In this document: positions 52,056-63,986 of the stretch, one piece after another
Layout of the letters: every line of letters starts with the position of its first letter
Position numbering within the stretch: position 1 is the stretch's first letter
Source of the DNA: Dipteris shenzhenensis
Taxonomy: Eukaryota
Reading direction: 5' to 3' (one strand)
NCBI GenBank assembly: GCA_047967505.1
Contig: CM106538.1
Length of the DNA stretch: 64,000 nt
Position numbers and translations under genes: made by a program
Notes under the pieces: model-generated
Seen by the model: the letters and a program-made list of their open reading frames with translations, nothing else
Databases searched by the model: none
Told to the model about the DNA's origin: nothing

Positions 52056-55000
52056 GAAGTAGGAGCAAAAGTCTCTTCATAATCTATGCCCTTTTTCTGA
52101 GCATAGCCCATCGTGTGCCAATGGCATGTTTACCTGGTGGCAAGTCTACAACATCCCAAGTCTGATTTTTTTTAATGGACTGCAACTCATCGTGCATGGC
52201 ATTCATCCAATGCACATTGTGCTTTGCTTCTTCTATTGTTGCAGGCTCCTCCTCATCCAGAAGAGTACCTGCATATGCTGATTCCACTGAATTAGCACCT
52301 TCCATGTGCCTTGCTGCACTACGAGTCCTGCCAGGTAATCGAGCATCAATCTTACTCTCCCTGAGAGTCTGTAACAGCCAGTTTGGGACTGTTTTTGCTG
52401 CATGTATGTCTGCAATTTCTTGCTGCACCACCTGTTCCACTGCCTATGGAGGTCGCAAGACATCCTGTGGCTGAACTGAAGCATCGGGAGGTGGCTGTAA
52501 ATTCTGATTTGCATCAGAAATATCAGCAACGGAACCCAAGGCAATGGGTAGCAACCCCTTAAAAACATCCTCTGAAGAAGAAGGCATATGAAATTCAGCC
52601 CGAGTGTGAGCTGAATTTTCTGCAAATATCACATCTCTACTGACAATGATCTTGCATGTAGCAGGATTGTAGAGACGGTACCCCTTGCTTTCTGCACTGT
52701 ACCCAACAAATATGCACTTAATTGCCTTATCTAACAACTTGTGCCTAAATTCAACTAGCACATGAGCATATGCAAGGCATCCAAAGACTCGGAAATGATC
52801 CACTGAAGGCTTTCTTCCATTCCAGACCTCATAAGGAGTTTTTGTTTTCAAAGCCTTAGTGGGAGCCCGATTTAAAATGTTTGACACACATGAGACCTTC
52901 AAGCCAGAATTTGTGAGGCATGTGTTTGCTTTTCAGAATGCATCTGTCCATCTCCATAAGAGTTCTATTTTTCCTCTTAGCTTTGCCATTTTGCTGAGGG
53001 GTCAGCCTCACTGTGAGCTGATGCACAATACCCTTGCCTTTCAGAAAAGCATCAAAATCTGCAGACAAGTATTCCCCACCTCTATATGTGCGCAATGTCT
53101 GTATCTTGAGCCCGGTTTCATTTTCAACCATGGCTGAAAAGTGTTTAAACACCATGAACACTTCTAATTTGCGCTTCAGCCCAAAGACCCAAGTGAAATT
53201 GAACCACCCAATGATGGAGTCCTCATGGGACCACAGACATCACTGTGTATAAGCTGTAATTTGCGGAAAGCTTTAACTGAACCATCCTTTTCTAAGGGCA
53301 ATCTATGCATCTTGCCTAAAATGCACCCTTCATAGGCATGGGGAGGAGGTATCTCAAGAGGTGGCAATGCATCTACCATAGAGTGCTTCTGAAGTGTCAT
53401 CAAGCAGTTGTAATGCATGTGGCCATATCGTGCATGCCATAATTCTGCATTTTGCATGGCAACAGTAGGGGTAGAAACTGCAAGAGCATGGGCTGCTCTT
53501 TTCTCAAAAAGATCAAGCTGAAAAAGCCCACACAGCAGAGTACCAGATAATCTTAAGGCATAATCATTTTCCCTGTCTCGGACAGCACATTTGTCATCCT
53601 CAAAGATGACCTGAAATCCAGCTCTGTTAAGAGTGGACACTGAAAGAAGATTCTTGGTGATACCAGGCACATATAAGACATCTGAAAGTCTGAAAACTGA
53701 GCCATCAATGGTAGTAAGCTCAACTTCTCTTGTGCCACGTACTGAATATGACGAGTTATTGGCACAAGTGACTTTCTTACCAACAGGAGGTGGATGCAAC
53801 GAAGTAAAAAGGCACTTCCTAGAAGTGATATGCTTGGATGCACCGCTGTCAAAATACCAAGTGTTCAGTGTTTCATTGACACTGAAAGCAGATGCATCCG
53901 TAGAAGAGTCATAACTGCAAGTCAAAAATGCATATGTATCATCATTACAAGTGGCTGTACTATCCCGAGCATCTGGAGCAGCCAGCCTAGAATCTGAAAT
54001 GCAAGATAAAAAGGCATAATCCTGTCCAACAAAGTTGGCTGCAGCGTCCCCACTGTTAGATGCATGAGGAGCTGAATCTGAAACAACCATACCGGAGCTG
54101 TTTTCCTTCTCTTTTGCAAGCCTTTTCTTGCATTCTGCAATTGTGATGACCTGGCTTTCTGCAGTAATGACAAAAACCCTTCTTCTTGGGCTTACTCGCA
54201 TCATTTTTAGCCTTTTGTGAAGGCTGTCCTGACCCACTGGAAGGCTGATTTACTGATGTCTTTGCCTGTCCCTTTGTTTTTTACTTGAACTTTGAGAGCA
54301 TAGCTTGTTCACCTGCACGTGAAGCCAAGTTTTTCCAAGTCTGCTCTTCCTGAAGCAGAAGTCCTATCAACTCATGAAAAGTGAGAGGACTTGCACCCCC
54401 CCTCATTGATAAGTTCAACGAGGTATGAAAGCTGAGATAAGACTCAGGAAGAGAATTCAGAGTGGTAGTAATCATCTCTGAATCAGGAATAATCTCATCT
54501 ATGTTCAATAATTGCTCTCTAAGATCCTGTAGCTTTGTGAGTTGAACTGACATGGAGTCACCCTCTTCCATATGTGTATTACTTAACTCTCTTTTCAAGA
54601 AAGATACCCTTGCATCATTCCGGGCTGCATACATGCTTTCTAAGATATCCCACGTTGCCTTCGAGGTCTTACACGACGGGATATGCGGAATGATAAATCT
54701 TTTCACTGAAAGAGAGATGCAAAACAAAGCTAAGGCATCCCGTGAATCCCATCTCTTCTACTCCGGAGTAGTGGCTATAGCTGCACCAACAGCTTGTTCT
54801 GCAACTGCACCCTGTGCATGACCTCTTCCACCTCCTTGCTGAGGAGGGGTATTAGGTGCCATACCTGCTGGTCGGATCTCATTCCCATTCACATAATCCC
54901 ATAAATTGCAAGAAATCAGAATATTGTGAACCATAAAACTCCAGAGGGAGTAGTTGGTACCATCCAACTTGTCTTCCTGTGAAAGACCACCGAACTGAAA

Positions 55001-55060
55001 ATCATTCTGATTTTGCCGGGCCATATCTGAGAAAGAGATTTTAGCAGATACAAGACTGAA
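52056..55060 (-). mobile_element. Inverted, LTR-less sibling of E (E'): gag, protease, integrase, start of RT
   Basis: ORFs 54281-54727, 53176-54237, 52856-53161, 52444-52902 and 52084-52440 align almost residue for residue with E ORFs. Confidence 0.93.
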
Positions 55061-55594
55061 TTCTCTTAAAGCCCCAAATTTCAGACCAAATCTGCAGATC
55101 TGTCTGCAATGGAGTAGAGCAGAAGCAACAGAGGAAAAGAGCAAGGCATGGTGACTCAAAAGACACAGGAAGGTGGCATGAGAAGGCAAAAACTTTAAAG
55201 CAAGTCAGGCGAGTTGCAGAATGATTGCATGCAAGAGAACCAAAAATAGGATCAAAGTGTGCAGAAGAATAAAGACCAAGTGTGCAGGGAATAAAGCATC
55301 CACTTAGAAGCCAAAGTGTTTTCATAGTTCAAAAATTTCTTGAATTTCTGCTTTACAAAATGAGAACAATTGCTAAGGCTACCTAGAGGGTAGTTCCAAA
55401 CTCCAGTGCATACGCCATTCATGTCTCAAAATATATTTGCAAGCTTTATGGAGGAACATTTACTGTAGCTATTTCTTTTTTATTAGCTAGTTCTTCTACA
55501 GTACTTTGTTTTTAAAAAACGTGTTAAACTAGAGATGTCTTACTCGCCAATGATAACAGCTATAACAATTACACAAACTTCGAGTCTAGCTTAC

Positions 55595-55680
55595 CTCTTG
55601 CGAACATTCTTAAAATGCTTTATATGTGTATCCAGTAGATCTTGTTCACTTAAATTTCCATTCTGTCCTTTAATAAAATC
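55595..55680 (-). CDS. Host gene, penultimate coding exon
   Basis: Acceptor TTTCACAG, donor AG|GTAAGC; DFIKGQNGNLSEQDLLDTHIKHFKNVRK(R); phase 0 in, phase 2 out. Confidence 0.78.
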
Positions 55681-56054
55681 CTGTGAAATCAAAAACAAAA
55701 ATAAGATATCAAAGCATTTGATAGCAAAATCATAGGCACAAAATGAATCATTAAACGCATCAAATTTTGCTAGTTGTCCATCTTTGGCCAATATCTCTTC
55801 ATGAATCCTTCACTTCTTAAGCCCCTTCTGTAACTGGTCTAGATGCAATACACATTTAACTCTAAACAGCTTTTCCTGACCAAAGAAAGAGCTATCAGCA
55901 ACAAGGGCCCAAGAGAGAAGAGGGGAGGACCATAAACAAGAAAAGTGGGGCTGAAATTGACAATATATTATCATCATAAGTGAGCTTTAATAAAATTAGT
56001 TTTCAAATATCCTACCTATTCTTCTCTAGAGGTATGAGAGAAGGATAGATAAAC

Positions 56055-56177
56055 CTCAAAAGCCGACTGAGTACCAAAGCCTTTGCTTTCATTGTCTTGA
56101 CTTGTCGACTCATCAATCTCCACTTTTACTGGAGGTAGAGGTTTCGGCAAGAGTTTTGCAAAGTTTTGCAGCCCTGG
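56055..56177 (-). CDS. Host gene, internal coding exon
   Basis: Acceptor TTCCTTATTTGCAG, donor GAG|GTTTAT; PGLQNFAKLLPKPLPPVKVEIDESTSQDNESKGFGTQSAFE; 123 bp, phase 0/0. Confidence 0.65.
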
Positions 56178-57549
56178 CTGCAAATAAGGAAAAAAGTGGG
56201 TCAATTGCATTATCAACTCAATATTTGTACAAGCTTATTTCCATTCTTTCTAAAAGCAATGCATACTAAATATAGCAAGGTACATTGCAAGCAATGAGTT
56301 GCAAACTTATATGAACATGAATAATCACAATAAGCACTTCAATTCTCATACATAATGCAAAATAGAGTAAAATTGGTAGTTTGTGGTTTTTTCAAAACCA
56401 TTGCAAGCAAGGAGTTGCAAACGTATATGAACATGAAAAATCACAATAAGTACTTCAATTTAAGATGTATTCCTTTTTCGCAATGCAAATTGGTAATGTG
56501 GTTTTCCAAGAACAATGGCTATTCCAATACATCAACCCCTCACACTCCCTCCCCCCTCTTTTCTCTTAACCCTTCCTCAACACCTTCCCAACCTCTTACT
56601 ATAAAAAGCATTTCAAAGCACTCCCTCTCACTTGGATAAAAACAAATGCCCCTTCCCTTGACTCCCCAATACTACATTCCATTTCTTTTGGACATAATTG
56701 GGCTAGTGTTATGGAGGTCAAGTTAACCTATGGTCATGTGTCCTCATCGTTGGACAGTTAGGACACGTGGTACCTTTCGTACACTAAGGGGAGGCTTAGT
56801 TTATAAATTTGCAAAACATTCAGCGCTCAACACCACTGCTCAACACCACTTGACAATCGATTTGTACATGCAACTCAATCTCTCCCTCTCTCATCTCTCT
56901 CTTAGACACATTAGGGCCTAGGACAACAGCCAGGCTGGACCCCCCCGAAGTTCTTTATTGATTGAGAAAATCTGAATACAAAATTCAGCCCACAGGTTGC
57001 TGTTAAAAGTGTATGAAAATTCAGATTACAAGGAGGCAAAAGGCTCTTCACTCTTGGCACGTGCCAAGAGTCTAAATTCTAGCCTAATTCTTAGTTACAT
57101 GCCTCACAAGGAAAATTTTGGAGCCTTCGTAGCACTTGGTCACGCGAACACCTCTTGGTTGCTTGCTAAGTTCCATAGCACTTGGGTTTTCAACCCCTCT
57201 TGGTACCTGCAACAATTAATTAAATGTGCATAGCCATAGCACCCATTAATTGGTTAACACTTTGCATGTGTAAATGAACTTTAGACTAATCCTAGTCCCT
57301 GTGGGCGTCCCCACCAAGCAACCACATGCAAAGGTGAACCCTCTTTGATTGTAATTAAAGGATCATATATAGATGATGTTCTCTAAAATGATGGTTATAA
57401 TGAAAAATAAGTAAGTATATGGTTCCATAAATGAGAAATTAAGAAAGAATTGTATATTTCTTTGAGAAATATACAAGCATGGTTGGTGTCAAAAACTATC
57501 GCTTGGACTTTTCTGCTCGTAGGTTTTTGCTCGGAAACTGTGCACATCC

Positions 57550-59290
57550 GAGGGGAAGGGGGCAATCCTAGGCTTCTTCTGTTGCTCAGGCTCGCCTAGG
57601 CTCTTGATCCGCTCCTCCTCAGGTTCGGTGACTATCGTCCGCTAATGCCACATCAAGAACTCCTGGGGTTCGGTGATGGTGCGAGGGTGGATGCGGACTT
57701 TGAACCTCTGCTACGTGAGGAACATCTGGTTGGGCAGTGGCCCTTTCTGTTGAGAGGGGTGAATCCCCACTCAAGGGCTCCTGTTGCTGCTGCTGCTCCT
57801 TCTCAGGTGCCTTTCAGACCAACTTGTCTCTCTCTCTCTCTCTCTACGTTTGGCCCTCTGCCTGTGGCACTTGCGAGCCTGCTTGCTTGGTTTCTTTTTG
57901 TTTTTAACTTGGGTCCAGTTCCCTTCTGAAGGGGTCACCCAGGGGGTCTGAGACTCTTGCTGCTCTTGTCTGAGGGGCTGTGGGACTTTGGTCTGTTGGC
58001 TCTGCCTACTCTGCGGGGGAGGAGGCGCTCGCGGCTCGGGGGCAATCTCTGGCGATGTGACCCATCTGTCTGCACCGAAGACACTGGCCTGGCAGCCCAG
58101 AAATCTCCACATGCTAGTGAAGTGTGCCTCCCTTGGAGGGACTCTGGGCTTTCAACCACCAGTCTGATTCTGGGGACTCCATCATCTGCTACAACTGAGG
58201 TGGCCGACTCTGGCGAGGACTCGAGCACAGTGTCAAATGCTCGACCAATGGAGGGGAGAATGGCTCGATACTCCTTGGGGAGCCTTGGGAAGCGGAGCGT
58301 AACCGGAAAATGGAAAAGATGATGTGTCGTGTCCATGTCCTCCACTGTAAACCCATGATACTAGGGAAAGAGATGAACTAGGTGCGAGCCAAGGAGGATG
58401 GGGCTCTGCTCCATGAGTGTCGAGGCAGTGTCGGGGGAGCTCAGCTGGATGAGGAAAACGCTTCTTCCATAGATGGTGACCTCTGAATGTGGTCGCCCTC
58501 TAATGCCAAGCTCACCTGTATTCACTCTCGCACCTGTCTCCATGTAGGCGTGAGCCCCACAATTTTGCCCACGAGTGCCTTGTCTTGGAGGGACTGAACT
58601 GCCTGCTGTATCTGTTGCTTGTTTGCTGGGGAAAGAAGAACTTAACGGCTGTGGGAGTCGAGGGTACTGCCATAGAGCCCCTTTGGCCAGACCAAGGGTC
58701 ACCACCAAGATTTTCTCTGACCTGAACAAGCACAAATGCTCCTGTTGCAGGGAGGAAGAGGAGAGAAAAGGAAAAGGAAGAAGAGCGTCCGAGGAGGGAG
58801 GCAGAGGCGAGGCGAAGAGGCGGAGGAGAGAGGTGGAGAAGGTGGGAGGGGAGGTAGAAGGGAGAACGGGAAGGAGAGAGGAGGGAGAGGAGAAGAGGAG
58901 GATGAAGTGGGGGAGTGGAAGGGGTAGCGCCTGCGAGGGGACGAAGAGGCGGAAGAGGGAGGGGGGAAGCGGAGAAGGACGGAGGGGGGAGGCGGAATGG
59001 TGGGGGGAGGTGCTCGAGCGGGAGAGGCAAGAAACAGCGGGAGATGCAAAGTAGGCGGGGTAGAAGCGGGGAGGCGGGAGGGGAGGAGCGGGGACGGAGG
59101 AGCAGCAAGGGCGGCGGGAGAGCGAGGAGGAGGAGGAGGCAGGGCGGAGCGGAGGGGAGGGTGAGGTGGAAGGGAGGCGAGGAGGAGCAGAGGGTAGCGG
59201 GGCAGCCAAGGGCAGCGAGCAGCAGGTAGCGGGGTAGCAGGCCGCCGTGGGCAGGGGGCGAGCTCACCGAGCAGCTCCGAGCTCCCAAGG
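57550..59290 (-). mobile_element. LINE (L1-type) 5' part: CT-rich leader plus decayed ORF1 (DUF4283-like)
   Basis: GRSVFLIQLSSPD...PILLGSHLVHLFP*, FPVTLRFPRLPKEY...IGRAFDTV...GVPRIRLVV; parallels the ORF1 at 62849. Confidence 0.7.
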
Positions 59291-59320
59291 GAAACTTAGT
59301 GTGTCCTTTTGTGTCACTTA

Positions 59321-59482
59321 ACCTTGGTTAAGTAAGCCTAACCTTGGTTAGTGACACTTGGCTCACACCAAGAGGGTTAATTGCGGTTAACCAAAGAACC
59401 ACAAAGTTGACTACGGTCAGAGAGTGTTGACTTCGATCAACGAGATTTGGCTTTGGCCAAGGAGAGTTGACTTCGGTCAACC
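59321..59482. repeat. Cluster of short palindromes/hairpins
   Basis: GTGTCAC-TTAACCTTGGTTAA...TAACCTTGGTTA-GTGACAC (59321-59367); GTTGACTTCGGTCAAC-type units near 59406, 59426 and 59466. Confidence 0.7.
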
Positions 59483-60114
59483 AAGTTATTTTGATTTCGG
59501 TTGGAGAGATTTGATTATAATTTAAAGGGGCCTTGACCTTGGTTCATATACATCTTGAAATTTTAAATTTTTTTATAACTATAAAAAGTATAATTATAAG
59601 CTTACCATTGCATAGATAATTAATTTTGAACATTTTTTCTTTTTACAGCTCCTCAATCTGAGCTAAGGAGCAGAAGTTATGACTCCTTCTGCGTAGGCTC
59701 TCCAAGGGTATTTCGCCGGCAGAATAGGGTTGGGGCAAGCTCTTCAAACCATATTCCTCTGGAAAAATGCACTTAGAGGGTCTATTAAAAAGGTACTATT
59801 TATTTTTCTTAGGTCATCCCGAGGAACCGTAAAGAGGATATTTGCTCAAAATTTCATGATCCAAGCAATGGTGAAAGGAAAAGAAAGGATTTTTGAAAGT
59901 CATAAAATAAGTCACCACTTGGACATTATATATGTATATTATATAAAGGTATATTTATATGTATATCTATTTATCAATGTTTCATATTTACTTACATATT
60001 CCTTGAAATAATTTGGAATTTTTTGCTCCCCAAAATTGACTTGAGCCTATATATTTTGACCCCTCCCACCTTTTGTCCGCTCGTCGCTCGAGGGTTTTTG
60101 CTCGAAAAATGGAA

Positions 60115-60680
60115 ACCCCCCTTCCCCTCCCCCTCCCCCTCTAGATCCCTCCCCCCTTTCCCTTCCACCCCCCCCCCCCCGGGCTCCCTCCTCCCCCACC
60201 CGTCCCCCCTCCTCTATGATCACTCTAATCACCCGCCCCGTTCCCTCCGTCCCCTCGTCGCCTCCTGCCCCCGTAGCCCTCCTCTCCACCTCCGCAATAG
60301 TTTCCTCAGCCTCCCTCTCCTCCCAGGCTTCGACACCCCTGCCAGCAAGCAAGGATAAGACGTTCCCTTCTGCTCCCTCACCGCAGCATCAAGCCCATCC
60401 AAGGAGGGAGGCAGAGGGACGGGGATCGTCCTCTAGGTCAGCCGCCTCCCACCTCCAGCCTGGGCATCCGTTACCGCGGGACTTCTGGAGGCTGGGACCT
60501 TGGAACTACTTGGAGATCCCGAACTCCTATCCTCTACTGCTGGAGGTAACGCTTATGATCCTGCAGCCACGGCAGGGGGATTTGATCAGTGCAGTGGGCT
60601 CTCAGACACACCCTGTTTGGAGCTTCCAGTTTGCCTCCACAGGGTTGGAGAAGTGAACCCCAAAAAGAAAGAAAGAAAGA
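60115..60680 (+). mobile_element. Possible short or deleted non-LTR retroelement
   Basis: C-rich leader like those of the neighbouring LINEs and an AAAAAGAAAGAAAGAAAGAAA tail at ~60662-60681; no TSD seen. Confidence 0.35.
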
Positions 60681-61495
60681 AATTTTATTAGAGTCTTCGA
60701 AAGACCGATGGGTCTATGAGACTGAAAGAAAACCTAATACAAATCACAGTAAGGGTGGAGCTACTAAAACGAGCATCATCACCCGTGCTGAATCCTAAGT
60801 CTGATCATACATAGTCAAATACATCTGGGTGTGACAATGAAAAGAAAAAAAGACTGGAGCGGAGCGGAATCATCTGTATGTCATGTCGCCCTGGCTGGTG
60901 CATAGCCGATGATGGGAAGCTCGCATCCGTCAAGGAGTGTTGTGCGTCTCGGTCTCCTGGACGAGGCTTGACGCAAGACCAGAGCTATTATGGAAAACCA
61001 TATAGAATGCATGATGGATGAGTGGATGGGAGCACAAGGACTGGACCTTTGGTACGCCCATGGGACGGAGGTGAATTTCCAGCTGAGCTTCACACAAGAG
61101 GAGCCATTATGTGGTTTGGCAACAAGATTTATCAAATTGCCGCTTGAGACCATGGTGGACCATGCATACTAATGGCCCCTCCATGCGGTAGGTGTACGTC
61201 CAATGGTAAGTTCGATACAAAAAATAAGAGAGATATTTTAGAGTTTTAGAGTAAGTTGAAACACAAACATGTCCATGACTTGATTCTTGAAAGTTGAAAC
61301 ACAAACATTCTAGAATCTACATGTTGCATAGGTGCAATTTGCAAAACTTGAAAGGACCGAAGATATATCATGATTCGTGACATAAAGTAGTGAGTATAAA
61401 AAGGGGGACCAAGGTCTAATATAGATGGAAAAAGTTTTACAAAAAGCTTTACTACTACAAGCAAGAGCCTAGGCCTAGGCCCTAGGTCCTAGCCT

Positions 61496-61925
61496 CTAAG
61501 TACTCCCATCACTATCAAATCCAAGACTATGATCACTCTCACTAGAGGATGATGAAGATCCATGAGACCCCTCACCATAGTCACCCTCACTAAGAACATT
61601 GCCCTCCTCATCATACTCCGGCTCTCTAGCCACAGGAGTGTCCTCAGCAATGGATGTGGTTGATATGCTCCCGGAGCCGCGCCTCACATAGGTTCAGGGA
61701 GTTGATGGCACGGATGTCCTGATACGAGCTATGGATGCTCTGCTACCACGAGTGCCACCAACTGGAGTGGTTATCCTTCTCCCAATGCGAGTGCATGACA
61801 CTCGTCGATCTATCTCCTCCAGCTCCAAGTAGAGGTCCCTGAAAATCTGGTCTTGCTCTAGATCGCGCTCTCTAGTAACTCTTTTAAGCTTATCTACCGA
61901 TAGCTTGCACACATCCACATTTACC
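61496..61925 (-). pseudogene. Terminal exon-like relic, possibly a hAT transposase tail
   Basis: Acceptor TTTTCAG; ORFs 61694-61918 and 61496-61687 in one frame with one stop; acidic, Ser-rich tail. The family call is inference. Confidence 0.3.
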
Positions 61926-62848
61926 TGAAAATTTGACGTATGGATTGAAGTTACAACTTCCTAGTATGGAAAGCAAATATGAGTTTACAAACCAAAACTG
62001 ATTGCTTCGACCTAAGCTGCTGCTCCTCCCCGCTCCCTTGCTGCCCCCTCTCCCTCAGCCCCTCCCTCCCTCTCTCCCTTGCCCTCAGTCCTTCCCCCTC
62101 CCCCTCCCTCAGCCCCTCCCTCCCTTCTCCTCCTCTCCCTCTCAGCCCGCCCCCTTCCCTTCCTCTCAGCCTGCGCCGCCGCCCCCTCCCTCCCTCTCCT
62201 CTCCCTCCTCTCCCTCTCAGAGTTCTTGTATGCAGAGTTCTTGATGTCCCATGGGCCCATTTTGGCCTCTAGTGGACAATAATACACTTTCTTTCTTTCT
62301 TTCTCCTCCTCTCCCTCTCAGCTTGCGCCGCCCCCTCCCTTCCTCTCAGCCCGCCCCCTCCCTGCCTCTCAGCCCGCCCCCTCCCTGCCTCTCCTTCCTC
62401 TCCCTCTCCTCTCCCTCTCAGCCTACGCCGCCCCCTCCCTTCGTCTCAGACCGCCCCCTCCCTGCCTCTCCTTCCTCTCCCTCTCCTCTCCCTCTCAACC
62501 TGCGCCGCCGCCCCCTCCCTCCCTCTCCTCTCCCTTCTCTCCCTCTCCTCTCAGCCCGCCCTCTCCTTGCCTCACCGCCCGCCCCCTCCCTGCCCCTCCT
62601 TCCTCTCCCTCTCCTCTCCCTAGCTATGCACTCCCTCCCTCTCAACCTACCCCCTCCCCTTCAGCCTCTCAACCTCTCCCCTCTGCCCCTCCCCTCCTCG
62701 CCCCCTACCCCCGCTCCCTCCTCACCTCCTATCCATGTTCTCTACCCGCCTACCCCCGCCTTTTTCCTTTCTCCTCCTCCCACAGCATTTTTTGGAGTGG
62801 AAGGAGCCCCCAAATTTGTCAGAGTCATCCTTCTCACCTCGATTGGCG

Positions 62849-63986
62849 ATGGATATTCCGTCAACCAATCCTACTCCACCTCCACCAGCCGTGAAAACTA
62901 TTACTTTTTCTACAAACGAGTTGCAGCAGCTCAAGAAGGATGTAGAGATTGAATGCTCTACCATGTTGCTAGCACGCATCTTTGGATCTCACCCCTCCAA
63001 ATCCCAAGCCAGAGACTGGATGCTTGCGGCTCTCCCCCCAGACCTCACTCCACGATTGGTAGATGTTCGTCTTCTGGGACGAGGTTTTTTCCAGGTTGTT
63101 TTTGACACTCCAGAGGCTGCGAGCACTGTGCTCAAAGCTGAGTTTTTACACCTGGGACACAGGAAGATCTTCTTTGACGCCTTTGATATTAGTTTTGACC
63201 CAGTGGAGGCAGATAAGGAAATCTTTTCGCTCTTCATCAGATTTCCCGAGCTTCCCCAAGTTTACCATCGACTTCTTTCTGTTATTGGGGAGCATTTTGG
63301 CGCGGTTGCTGAGATCCCACCCCTCCCTGGGTTGCCATTGACTACAGCAGAGGCAACCAAGGCTGATGGGGTACCTAGAGTTAGGGTCCTTTGTAAGGAT
63401 CCTAACCTCAAGGTGGACCATGTTATGATCCAACGCCCGGATGGTTCCTTTTTTCGCCAGAGAGTAGAGATTTCAGGCAAACAGGACCAATGCAGGATAT
63501 GTAGGACCATTGGACACTTTGCCAAGGATTGCCCCACGAAGAAGAAAAGGCCCAAGAAGCCCTTTGGTACAGCTACCGCCCCATGGCCTCGACAGGGGGG
63601 TGGTACAAGTCCAGCACTTGCTCCTCGGCCTCAACAAAGGGGTGGTACAGGTCCAACACCTGCTCCTCGACCTCCGCATGGCGGTCCTCCTCAGGATGGT
63701 GGTGGGTACAAGTCCAGCACCTGCTCCTCGGCCTCGACAGGGGGGTGGTACAGGTCCATCACCTACTCCTCGACCTCCACCTACCTCAGGGGCACGCGAC
63801 GCATTCCAGTGGATTCCGGCTCGTGTGCAGATCCCTCCTTCAGTTCACGAGGGTATACTAGTGGACTCTGCTTCACCTCGAGCTGTCTCTCCAGTCTCAC
63901 CTCACACAGTCCAAGACACTGAAGCTTCGACCTCCTCCTCGGTTATAGCTTCTTCCCTAGAACCAGTGGTGCCAGACACTCCTTGA
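62849..63986 (+). CDS. LINE ORF1: DUF4283-like domain, CCHC knuckle, Pro/Gly repeats with a frameshift
   Basis: LLARIFGSHPS, LGRGFFQVVF, IRFPELP, CRICRTIGHFAKDC; the PRQGGGT repeat moves to the frame of ORF 63510-63986 near 63700. Confidence 0.85.
63587..63780 (+). repeat. 42-bp tandem repeat in ORF1
   Basis: CCTCGACAGGGGGGTGGTACAAGTCCAGCACTTGCTCCTCGG and variants, about 4 copies. Confidence 0.85.

Larger units (their letters stand above)
41044..52056 (+). mobile_element. Ty3/gypsy element G, interrupted by E and truncated after RNase H
   Basis: Probable LTR 41044-42534; PBS-like 42536-42552; gag ~42606-44125; protease [25 protein letters not shown]...IDLKSGYHQ...FFDD; RT/RNase H resumes at 51472 (DPAKIEAI...DASGNSVGGVLMQ). 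Confidence 0.9.

Noticed and set aside
55750-55880. Additional host exon
   Set aside because: In-frame stop and no convincing donor; the flanking exons already join in phase.
56930-57241. Solo LTR on the minus strand
   Set aside because: LTR-like composition and an AATAAA, but I found no matching TG...CA pair with a TSD.
58512-62952. Pro/Leu/Ser- or Arg/Gly/Glu-rich ORFs as genes
   Set aside because: By-products of polypyrimidine/polypurine tracts, open in many frames.
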